IMG/VR virus record: IMGVR_UViG_3300022936_000014
Span: 1-42,537 of that record
Reading direction: 5' to 3' (one strand)
From: a virus
Taxonomy: Duplodnaviria > Caudoviricetes
Length of the DNA stretch: 42,537 bases
Shown: piece by piece, positions 26,046 through 33,799 of the stretch
Layout of the letters: each line of letters begins with the position of its first letter
How positions within the stretch are numbered: the stretch's first letter is position 1
Notes under the pieces: model-generated
The model's database searches: none
Told to the model about the DNA's origin: nothing
Seen by the model: the letters and a program-made list of their open reading frames with translations, nothing else
Translations under genes and position numbers: made by a program

Positions 26046-26377
26046 TCCGGTGCCTGCTGTGATAGGGCGGCGTGGGCTTCGGATCGAGACAGCACCTCAA
26101 TGCTGCCCTGGTGGTGAACGAGAAGAGACTTGAGCCCCGTCGGAGGAAACGCCAGCGCTTCATCGTCTAAGCAAAACTCTCCTTTCAGTCCGCCCTCGAT
26201 TGGCTTGATGAATTGAAGGAGCCTTCGCCGTACCAGCCGATGAGCAGAATTCAGCTCTCGCCCCTTGCAAACTATGCTGTCGGCTGTCCATGCTGCCAGC
26301 AGCACCCGCGTCTGCTTAGGCGTCAACCTGAGCCATTCGATGTTTGGAGTCTCCCCCTTCGGCGTGCGCGTCGTCAT
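26042..26377 (-). CDS. Hypothetical protein (possible winged helix)
   Basis: 111 aa, LTPKQTRVL; coupled. Confidence 0.6.
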   Translation of the reverse strand: MTTRTPKGETPNIEWLRLTPKQTRVLLAAWTADSIVCKGRELNSAHRLVRRRLLQFIKPIEGGLKGEFCLDDEALAFPPTGLKSLLVHHQGSIEVLSRSEAHAALSQQAPE

Positions 26378-26778
26378 GATGCGTCTCCAGAGGATAGGGC
26401 GGCGAAGGCTGACTGAAGTTGTTGCTGGGTGAATTTGGTTGACTTCGTTTTTGGCGCTAGGATTGTTACTCCATCGAAGCTGGTTCCCATAACCTCATAG
26501 GGCTCAATATCGCCAGCATCCTTAGATGCTGTTTCGAAGGAGGATAGGGCGGATAAAATGCGGGCGGTGAAATCAGCCTGCGCAGCGGCTTTGGCTTGGT
26601 CCAATTGCGCGTAACTGATGCCGCCGTATTCGTAGGGGAAACACATACTCCAACCATGCTCAATCCGAGCGTGGCTTATCGATCCGACAAACCCGGCGTA
26701 ACCCTCACCGATCTTCCTCCACTCCAAATCACGCACACGCAGCCCAGCGTTCGCCAACACTCCAACAATATCGGTCAT
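26374..26778 (-). CDS. Hypothetical protein
   Basis: 134 aa; VRDLEW..AKAAAQADFTARILSAL module. Confidence 0.65.
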   Translation of the reverse strand: MTDIVGVLANAGLRVRDLEWRKIGEGYAGFVGSISHARIEHGWSMCFPYEYGGISYAQLDQAKAAAQADFTARILSALSSFETASKDAGDIEPYEVMGTSFDGVTILAPKTKSTKFTQQQLQSAFAALSSGDAS

Positions 26779-27575
26779 GGGGTGGCACTCCGGGCGCGGC
26801 GTTCGAGTTCATCGGCGACGGCACGAAGGCAACCCGCCTCGCTATCCGCAGTCGCTTCCCAATTGTCATCACTGTCAGCGTCATTGGCGGGCGCGAGCCA
26901 TGCGTGGTATGTGACCCGCACCACTGCCGCATGATGGACCTCAATCGGCTTTCCGGGGCCGTGGCTGTCGATAATGTCGCAGACCGACATATGCCCTTCG
27001 CCGGGGTCGGTTGCATCCAGATACCATTCGGCATCCGCCTTTACGGCTTCCTCCACAACAGGAGAGGTGGCGTAGAGGGGCTCAACGATAAAGCCGTTGC
27101 TCTTGCGGGCTTTCGCTTTGGCCGCACCTTCGAAATACGTCCACGGCCATTGATCGCCGTTGATGTCCTCGTTAGTCCATCGCCAAGCCACCGGCTCTGC
27201 CGCCACTTCGGGCTGCGCAGAGGCAGTCATTGCGGGGGTGAAGCTGTTGGTCTGAAAGTCGTACGGCGGCATCGGCAGGGCGTGGATGGGTTGGCCCGCC
27301 ACTTCGGGCTTCGGCTCTGGAGCGGGGGTGGCGATCTCGGTAAAATGGGTGAAAGTGTTATGAGCTGAGGTTTTACCGTTCCTGTAGTGAACGGTCCCAC
27401 AATCATAGCGACCCTCAAAACTTACCCATCCTTCATCGGATAGGTGGCGCCAAAGATTGTACCAACGCGATCCGTCTAGCAATTGGGCGCGCGGCAAAGC
27501 TCCTGATGGTAGTTCACTCGTCTTGTTCACAGCGCCTCGCATTGGGTTAGAGGGGATGATTGGGTTGGGGATCAT
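26775..27575 (-). CDS. Mosaic hypothetical protein (Ead/Ea22-like EPVAW module)
   Basis: Probable ATG 27575 in ATGA overlap; EPVAWRW..VEPLYA; internal 15-bp direct repeat. Confidence 0.6.
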   Translation of the reverse strand: MIPNPIIPSNPMRGAVNKTSELPSGALPRAQLLDGSRWYNLWRHLSDEGWVSFEGRYDCGTVHYRNGKTSAHNTFTHFTEIATPAPEPKPEVAGQPIHALPMPPYDFQTNSFTPAMTASAQPEVAAEPVAWRWTNEDINGDQWPWTYFEGAAKAKARKSNGFIVEPLYATSPVVEEAVKADAEWYLDATDPGEGHMSVCDIIDSHGPGKPIEVHHAAVVRVTYHAWLAPANDADSDDNWEATADSEAGCLRAVADELERRARSATP

Positions 27576-27661
27576 GACTGGTGCCAATCGTCGTAAACTG
27601 ACCGGATGAAATAGCACAGTGCCACAATAAACGCGCACTGCATGATGAATTGGAACGTCAT
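27572..27661 (-). CDS. Small single-TM peptide (29 aa)
   Basis: MTFQFIMQCAFIVALCYFIRSVYDDWHQS; ATGA overlaps at both ends. Confidence 0.5.
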   Translation of the reverse strand: MTFQFIMQCAFIVALCYFIRSVYDDWHQS

Positions 27662-27807
27662 GTCACCACCTGCCAAACCGCATACCAGAACACGGCACAT
27701 CCGACGATAATAGCCAACCAAACATGCCCGCGATATTTAAACCGAGCAATGCGGTAATCCTGGGATGGCGAGATAACACGCGCCCGCAGCTTATGGTTCA
27801 AAGCCAT
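27658..27807 (-). CDS. Small single-TM protein (49 aa)
   Basis: GGAG RBS; MALNHKLRAR..VWLAIIVGCAVFWYAVWQVVT. Confidence 0.55.
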   Translation of the reverse strand: MALNHKLRARVISPSQDYRIARFKYRGHVWLAIIVGCAVFWYAVWQVVT

Positions 27808-27980
27808 GATGTAACTCCCCAATACATTGCGGTAAAAAAGATGACGGCGAGAAGGCAGATACCGCCGAGAACTACGAAGTCAAACCAAACTGGCAGCTCT
27901 GCTGGAACGTTGTCGTTATCGGCAACCGCCATCTCTACGGTTACGCCGTCACCAAACTCGTCTTTCTCTCGCAGGTTCAT
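27798..27980 (-). CDS. Small single-TM protein (60 aa)
   Basis: GGAGAG RBS; first gene of leftward operon; C-terminal hydrophobic helix. Confidence 0.65.
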   Translation of the reverse strand: MNLREKDEFGDGVTVEMAVADNDNVPAELPVWFDFVVLGGICLLAVIFFTAMYWGVTSWL

Positions 27981-28014
27981 CTCATCTCTCCTAGCCTTAC
28001 CTCAAGGCGTGAGA

Positions 28015-28061
28015 TATCTATAAAACACCATTGACAGATACGCAAGCGGTATTTTATAGAT
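28015..28061. promoter_or_regulatory. Symmetric divergent promoter pair centred on a TTGAC-N5-CGCAA box
   Basis: Rightward TTGACA-18-TATAGA, leftward TTGCGT-17-TATAGA; 13/14 inverted repeat 28016-28029 / 28048-28061. Confidence 0.75.
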
Positions 28062-28086
28062 GGGGTGGAAATAAAGGAGAGAGTGG

Positions 28087-28536
28087 ATGACATACACACA
28101 AGAACAGATTGCCGACGCCGAAAACCATCCTGTATTGGGTGCTGAGTATTTTGCAGCGCGTGACGCCGCAGACCGATTCCTTGAGCATTGGAATGAGGAA
28201 CATGCTGCAAAACTATCAGAGGAAATCGTTAAGCCGCTGTTGGATACCATCCACGAGCGCGTAAACGATGCGTTCCGTGACTATCTGATTAGTGACGCCG
28301 AGGATAACCTGCATAGCACGATGCGCCGCATGGTTGAGGATACTGTCGGCGCGCTTATCGGTGGTCAGAAATGGGCCAATGCTAAGTACATCGAGACAAA
28401 TTATAGAGACGGGCAGTTGGTGCGCGAAACCTTGGCTAAGCTTTACAGCGACCCTATCAAGGATGGGCGCATTGCCGATCTTGAGAAGCAAATTGTTGAG
28501 CTAAAGAAAAGCCTTGAATGGGCGCGGGGACGGTAA
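28087..28536 (+). CDS. Hypothetical protein
   Basis: 149 aa, AAGGAGAG RBS. Confidence 0.75.
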   Translation: MTYTQEQIADAENHPVLGAEYFAARDAADRFLEHWNEEHAAKLSEEIVKPLLDTIHERVNDAFRDYLISDAEDNLHSTMRRMVEDTVGALIGGQKWANAKYIETNYRDGQLVRETLAKLYSDPIKDGRIADLEKQIVELKKSLEWARGR

Positions 28537-29367
28537 ATGCCCCTAATCACTGAACCCAACGAAACCTACCACTCTCACCCCGCATGGTCCAAATCCAAAT
28601 TATGGCGCTACAGCACCCTCACGCCCTACCGCGCAGAGTTCGGCAAGATCGAGGAAAAGGACTACTACCTATTCGGCAACGCAGGTCATATCGCCGTACT
28701 AGAGCCGGAGCGGCTAGAAGCCTCCATTTTCAAGGCCACGGCAACCCGTCGCGGCACAAATGAATGGAAGGCCGACCAAGCCGAGGCTGGCGATAAAATG
28801 CTGCTCAAGGCTGAGGATTACGACCTGATTATGATCATGCGCGATCTAGCCGATGAGCATCCGTTGATCCGGCAGTTGCGCAAGGGTACGCCGATCATAG
28901 AACGCAGTTGCTATGCTGTTGACCCTGAAACCGGGGCGGAGATTAAGTGCCGTCCTGACCTCTACTCGCCGGACCTCGGCATCATCATGGACATGAAGTT
29001 CCTCGCCAACATCGAGGATGATGCATGGAGCCGAGACCTAGGCCAGTATGGCTACAACATGCAAGACGCCGCATACCGCCATGTGTGGAACCTGGGAAGT
29101 GGTTATGAGGCAGAGGCGTTCGTTTTCGCTTGCATTAGCAAGACAGAACCGCCAGAAATAGTGGTTCGCGAAATCGAGCCTATCGATGTAGAGGAGGGCA
29201 TGGCTCGTTACCGTGAAGCCCTCGCGATTGCCGAGAAGTGCCGTCGCGACCAGCATTGGCCGGGCAAGCCTTTGGATGTGGTGCGAGGCGTTAAAATGCG
29301 TGATGCTCACAGGCGGTTCACCCCTAGTCAGTGGAATGTGGAGGAGGATGAGGATGAGCAGGAGTGA
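28537..29367 (+). CDS. RecE/exonuclease VIII-like PD-(D/E)XK nuclease (DUF3799-like)
   Basis: YH..SKS, FGNAGH..LEP, KCRPD..MDMK, YGYNMQDAAY; next to recT. Confidence 0.85.
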   Translation: MPLITEPNETYHSHPAWSKSKLWRYSTLTPYRAEFGKIEEKDYYLFGNAGHIAVLEPERLEASIFKATATRRGTNEWKADQAEAGDKMLLKAEDYDLIMIMRDLADEHPLIRQLRKGTPIIERSCYAVDPETGAEIKCRPDLYSPDLGIIMDMKFLANIEDDAWSRDLGQYGYNMQDAAYRHVWNLGSGYEAEAFVFACISKTEPPEIVVREIEPIDVEEGMARYREALAIAEKCRRDQHWPGKPLDVVRGVKMRDAHRRFTPSQWNVEEDEDEQE

Positions 29368-29371
29368 GCAG

Positions 29372-29581
29372 ATGAAAGAAGAAATAGAACTAGCCGAAGC
29401 TTACATTAAAGACAAGCTTAAAGCCGAATTTGAAGCTAGAGACGCCATAGTCAAGCAGACAGACGATCTGGCTGATATTATAGACATTGCACTTGCTGCA
29501 CTACAAGATCATCAGCCAGCCTTGAGCGCGACATTGATGCGCAAAGCCAAGGCCATATTTAATAGAGAGGAACCCAAATGA
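29372..29581 (+). CDS. Hypothetical protein
   Basis: Probable ATG 29372 after GGAG; helical. Confidence 0.55.
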   Translation: MKEEIELAEAYIKDKLKAEFEARDAIVKQTDDLADIIDIALAALQDHQPALSATLMRKAKAIFNREEPK

Positions 29582-30501
29582 CCAACGCCATCGTATCACT
29601 GCAGCAATCTCTATCCGCCCGTAAAGACGAAATCGCCAAGGCCCTTCCCGGCCATATCACGGTGGATAAATTCATCCGCACGGCGCAGACGGCCATTGTC
29701 TCCACCCGCAATATCGAGAAGGCCAAGCCCGGCCCCCTGCTGCAAGCAATCTCTAAGGCTGCGGCTGACGGTCTAATCCTGGATGGCCGTGAGGCCGCTC
29801 TCGTCATCGACTATAACGGCGATGCGCAGTACCGGCCTATGATGCGCGGACTGCTCAAGCTGGCGTACAACTCAGGGCGGGTTAAGTCGATCTCGGTACA
29901 GATTGCCTGCGAGAATGACGAATTTGAGTACGTGCTTGGAGATGACGAACGGATCAACCACAAGATCAACTTTAAGAGCCCTCGTGGGACACCTATCGCT
30001 GTATATGCCATTGCGACACTCGACGGCGGCGAGGTTATGCGCGAGGTGATGACCGTCGATCAGGTTAACGGCATTCGCGACCGTTCGGACGCCTATCGTG
30101 CGTTCAAGGCTGGCAAGATCAAGTCTACGCCGTGGTCTACCGATTGGGAGGAAATGGCGCGCAAGACCGTGTTCCGCCGCCTGAGCAAGTATCTACCAAG
30201 CTCGACCGACAAGGAAGGGCGTCTCGTGCAGGCAGCGGAGCGCATAGACGAGGAATACACGTTTGCTGAGGAGGTAGCGCCCGCTCCGCAGATTGAGGCT
30301 CCTAAGCGCGTCCGGGCTTCGGATCGGTTGAAGGCTGAGGTTAAGTCGTCAGGCGCGGCTAGAATTGATGCACTGACCGACGCCGAATTTAACGAGGATC
30401 GGTCAGCTGAAAACCCAAACGTGGGTAAGTACGTTGACCACGACCCTGAGACTGGCGAGATTGACGACAGCTTGGCGGCTACGGAAGGGGATGAGTTTTA
30501 A
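29578..30501 (+). CDS. recT: RecT single-strand annealing protein
   Basis: ALPGHITVDKFIR..AADGL..GLLKLAYNSG..PWSTDWEEMARKTVFRRLSKYLP; acidic tail. Confidence 0.92.
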   Translation: MTNAIVSLQQSLSARKDEIAKALPGHITVDKFIRTAQTAIVSTRNIEKAKPGPLLQAISKAAADGLILDGREAALVIDYNGDAQYRPMMRGLLKLAYNSGRVKSISVQIACENDEFEYVLGDDERINHKINFKSPRGTPIAVYAIATLDGGEVMREVMTVDQVNGIRDRSDAYRAFKAGKIKSTPWSTDWEEMARKTVFRRLSKYLPSSTDKEGRLVQAAERIDEEYTFAEEVAPAPQIEAPKRVRASDRLKAEVKSSGAARIDALTDAEFNEDRSAENPNVGKYVDHDPETGEIDDSLAATEGDEF

Positions 30502-30735
30502 ATGATAAACTCTGAATATCAAAAGCGGGTTTTAGAAGCCCGCAGAAAACAGCGCGATAACGAAAAAGCCTTTATAGCCGAAATGCAGGCCGCAACACGA
30601 GAGGATAAGATAGATCGATTGGCTGACGCATTGGAGAGTATGTGGTCCGGTGGCGGGGATTATGGGGTTTACACCGTAGCCACAAAGCGAGACGACATGA
30701 GGCGTATGTTGCATGAAATACTAGGAGAAAACTAA
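30502..30735 (+). CDS. Hypothetical protein
   Basis: 77 aa. Confidence 0.6.
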   Translation: MINSEYQKRVLEARRKQRDNEKAFIAEMQAATREDKIDRLADALESMWSGGGDYGVYTVATKRDDMRRMLHEILGEN

Positions 30736-30848
30736 TGAGCTATAACCACGAGCCGTTCACCGCCCAAATCGCCCACCTACTAACCCAAACCCGCGTTATT
30801 CAGGTCCAGAACCGCGTGTTTCACGTTGGGCAGTTGGTGCGAAAGTGA
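30735..30848 (+). CDS. Small hypothetical protein (37 aa)
   Basis: AGGAG RBS, TAATG coupling. Confidence 0.45.
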   Translation: MSYNHEPFTAQIAHLLTQTRVIQVQNRVFHVGQLVRK

Positions 30849-30997
30849 TGAACGGGTATCATTTGGCTAGCATCGTTTTATCTGCAACCGCCATAGTTAC
30901 GACTATCGTAGCGGCTGCGCTTTCGGCACCTGTCTGGGTGTTTTTTGCCACGTTCGGCTTAGCTATGATGGCTTTTGTGCCACTTATCGCCGCATAA
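30848..30997 (+). CDS. Small two-TM membrane protein (49 aa)
   Basis: TGATG coupling; MNGYHLASIVLSATAIV..FVPLIAA; ends just before a hairpin. Confidence 0.55.
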   Translation: MNGYHLASIVLSATAIVTTIVAAALSAPVWVFFATFGLAMMAFVPLIAA

Positions 30998-31001
30998 ACT
31001 A

Positions 31002-31025
31002 AGACCCGCCCCGTAGGGCGGGTCT
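31002..31025. terminator. Hairpin between convergent early and late units
   Basis: AGACCCGCCC-CGTA-GGGCGGGTCT, perfect 10-bp stem; cUACGg loop on minus strand; weak U tracts. Confidence 0.7.
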
Positions 31026-31539
31026 ACCTAACCAATCCAGTGAATAGCTTGCCTAGCACCGCCAAAAGAGGCTCCAAAACCTTGCTAGAGGCAATGACAG
31101 CACCAATGACCACACCAGCCACCAACTGCCCCATACCGGCTCTACGAGGAGTCACAGATGGCGGCGTTGACGCTCTGGAGAAAAGGAACACGCCTGCAAA
31201 TTGGGCGTAGATAGCCGCTGCATAAAGATGCGTATGCTCAATCCATTCCGCGCCGGGGATGTTACGAGTTACAAGGCCATAAGATCGCATGACAATAATG
31301 GAGGCAAATAGCAGTGACAGCCCAAATAGGGCATATGCGGTTCGATCCGAACGGCCTTCCCAGAATGCCGCCCACGCCTCGCCAGCAATCAAGAACATGG
31401 CATATGCGCTAAAAATTAGCATTGGGCCGCTAGCGGCGTCCATCATATGATTTGGTTCAACAAAAAGCGCTGGAATAGAGAATATTAGAACCAAAACGAG
31501 CAGTACGCCAATATTACGCAACCTTGGGTGTTCAGTCAC
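31024..31539 (-). CDS. Multi-pass membrane protein (lysis region)
   Basis: 171 aa, about five hydrophobic segments. Confidence 0.7.
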   Translation of the reverse strand: MTEHPRLRNIGVLLVLVLIFSIPALFVEPNHMMDAASGPMLIFSAYAMFLIAGEAWAAFWEGRSDRTAYALFGLSLLFASIIVMRSYGLVTRNIPGAEWIEHTHLYAAAIYAQFAGVFLFSRASTPPSVTPRRAGMGQLVAGVVIGAVIASSKVLEPLLAVLGKLFTGLVR

Positions 31540-31720
31540 GACGTCCCTCGTCTATCTGTGCAATTAAGGCTTGTAGCATATCGCCTATTGGCGTGTCTTT
31601 AGTCTGTGTTGTCAACCTGGAGCGCACTCTATCGTTACGCACAACTGCCTCAGCTAGTTTACCGCGTTCCTTGCGAGCTACTTCCTCAAGTGCGTGATTA
31701 TGTTGCCAAAAGAACCTCAT
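31532..31720 (-). CDS. Hypothetical protein (lysis region)
   Basis: 62 aa, coupled. Confidence 0.6.
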   Translation of the reverse strand: MRFFWQHNHALEEVARKERGKLAEAVVRNDRVRSRLTTQTKDTPIGDMLQALIAQIDEGRRD

Positions 31721-32004
31721 ACCTGCCCCCGGTTCATCATCGAACGGGTGACGGCCAGAAGCTCTTTGGTTGCCTCGGTGTTGGCTACCATACGTTCCTC
31801 GGCACTGTTGAGGTTGTCGGTTGATTTAGAAACAGCCTCTAGGGCTATGCGCGTATCGTTAATCTGGTCTTTTCGGATGCCGTCAATGCGGCCATATAGC
31901 ACGATAATATGACGGACACAAAAAACCATTGCGCCCGCCAAGACAACTATGGTGACGCCGAGTAGGCCTTGATCTAAGTAGGCCTGAACGGCACCAGCAT
32001 CCAT
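31717..32004 (-). CDS. Holin-like single-TM coiled-coil protein
   Basis: 95 aa, N-terminal TM then helix. Confidence 0.55.
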   Translation of the reverse strand: MDAGAVQAYLDQGLLGVTIVVLAGAMVFCVRHIIVLYGRIDGIRKDQINDTRIALEAVSKSTDNLNSAEERMVANTEATKELLAVTRSMMNRGQV

Positions 32005-32367
32005 TTATTTGCCCAGCGGCTTCAGCCCAGTCTTAAACCGGGAGTAGAGTGTAGCCGCAGGGGTTACAGCCGAACTGACAGCTAGTGCTAGGACAACGAT
32101 AAGATCACGGTTCTCTGGCGAGATTTCATAACCCCATAGAACACCAGCAAGGCCTGCCAGGATCGAAACCATCTGAACCCAAAAGATGCGCGACTGATAC
32201 CATGGCTCTTTGTTCGATGCATTCTCAATGACGGGCTGAAGCTCTTTAGCCACCTCAAGCGCCACTGTAGGAGCCTGAGAGTTGTTCACTGGAACATTGG
32301 AGCGCTTCAAGACACCTTCGATAACCTCGACTAGAACGCCTGTTGCCAAGCCTCCGATAACGCTCAT
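32005..32367 (-). CDS. Putative holin
   Basis: ATG 32367 overlaps lysozyme stop; KEPWYQSRIFW then two TM segments. Confidence 0.65.
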   Translation of the reverse strand: MSVIGGLATGVLVEVIEGVLKRSNVPVNNSQAPTVALEVAKELQPVIENASNKEPWYQSRIFWVQMVSILAGLAGVLWGYEISPENRDLIVVLALAVSSAVTPAATLYSRFKTGLKPLGK

Positions 32368-32975
32368 GGCGCAATTCCCATTTGTTTGAGGATGAAATAG
32401 ACGACGCCTGCTAGGACTACGCCACCGACGCCCCATGCTACGCCAATAGGGGGCTTGGTAGTCTCTGTGCGAATAGGCTCTGCGTCATGCACGATGATAG
32501 GTTCTGGCTGGCGAGCGTTGGTTGGCGTCTTGAACAAAGAGGCCTCAGCCAATCGACGGCGCGTGAGCCCCGCCATGATTTTACCATTTGCACGGTTCCA
32601 ACGAGCGAACTCAGCAGCAGCACCGTCATAGTCACCGGCATTTAGCTTACGAACCAAGGTAGACGAAGCCAAGTTAGCCGCACCGAGATTGTACGTAAAT
32701 GACACCAGTGCGCCTAGCTGATTATCGTTCAACGGCACCTTGACGTACTTCTTAACCGAAGCCTCGTACTGTCCTAGATCATGGCGCAGCATCTCCAATC
32801 CCTCAGCTACGGTAAACGTCTTATTCTTGGTTGCAGCATACTTAGGATCGCCAGCAGCGTCGGTATGACCATAGGCAACAGTCGGCACCTTCCAGCCATG
32901 AGCGCTATCCGGATACCAATTGGGAACGAACCCCTCAAATTCAGTGATTAGCTTTAACGTCGCGTCGTTAACCAT
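32364..32975 (-). CDS. Endolysin, GH24 phage lysozyme with C-terminal TM helix
   Basis: FEG..YPD..PTVAYGHT triad, ALVSFTYNLG, GLTRRRLAEASLF. Confidence 0.93.
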   Translation of the reverse strand: MVNDATLKLITEFEGFVPNWYPDSAHGWKVPTVAYGHTDAAGDPKYAATKNKTFTVAEGLEMLRHDLGQYEASVKKYVKVPLNDNQLGALVSFTYNLGAANLASSTLVRKLNAGDYDGAAAEFARWNRANGKIMAGLTRRRLAEASLFKTPTNARQPEPIIVHDAEPIRTETTKPPIGVAWGVGGVVLAGVVYFILKQMGIAP

Positions 32976-32984
32976 TCATTCCTC

Positions 32985-33737
32985 CTAAACTTGAATAGCT
33001 GATATTGTGCGATCCTGGATCAGCACAGGGCCAGTAGCTTCCTGCTTCCTTATAAAAAGCTCAATTCGGTATGACCGCCCGATAGTCATTGCGCTGTAAG
33101 TCAAGCTGCAGGGAGCCCCAATCTGGAATGCGCCTAAAGAGCTTCTAATCCGCGTCTCCAACCCAAGGGCGGCGATGACGTTGTTACTCAGGTCTCGCAA
33201 CCTAAGCTGACCATATACCACAGTTGGGCTACCGCCAGTTTGGTCAATCTGGAACCCGCCGCTAATCATAATAGAGTTACCGAGAGCTATAAATTCGCGA
33301 GTGCAAAGAACGTCACCCTCAATACGAGCGTCAAAATTACCCCCTTCATAGCCTCCGAAAGCACGGGCACCTCTTAGGGATAGAGTTCCGCCCTCAACAG
33401 CAAAATTAGCTGTAGCTGCGGCGACCCCATTGACGACAACTTCAATAATCCCATCGCCATTTTGGCGGATACCACTGTCGTTGTCACCAAGAGCGATGCC
33501 CTTGCCATTATCCATGATGCCGGCGGGAGTAGCACTCACGCCAAGAGAGCCGCTGGCAGTTTTATTAGGCCCGCCATGAACGCCACCCGTGCCGCCGTAC
33601 TCTATGGGTGTAGGCGCGTTGAACGTCTGCGTAACATCGTCAACATAATTGTTGAACATGCTGCTGGATATGACGGTATTAGGCGCTTGCGGCACCGTGC
33701 CGGGTGGTGGGCTGTAAATTACGGGACCGCGCGGCAT
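32985..33737 (-). CDS. Short tail fibre protein
   Basis: 250 aa; N-terminal anchor (NTVISSSMFN..PIEYGGTG), IALGDNDSGIRQNGDG fibre repeat. Confidence 0.7.
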   Translation of the reverse strand: MPRGPVIYSPPPGTVPQAPNTVISSSMFNNYVDDVTQTFNAPTPIEYGGTGGVHGGPNKTASGSLGVSATPAGIMDNGKGIALGDNDSGIRQNGDGIIEVVVNGVAAATANFAVEGGTLSLRGARAFGGYEGGNFDARIEGDVLCTREFIALGNSIMISGGFQIDQTGGSPTVVYGQLRLRDLSNNVIAALGLETRIRSSLGAFQIGAPCSLTYSAMTIGRSYRIELFIRKQEATGPVLIQDRTISAIQV

Positions 33738-33799
33738 AGGCTACTCCTGAAGTTCCGTCATTGTTATCACAATTCTAGACGTTCGCAAACCATTGTTCA

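Noticed and set aside
33776-33788. TAGAC-N3-CGCAA as another operator copy
   Set aside because: Wrong spacing plus a mismatch.
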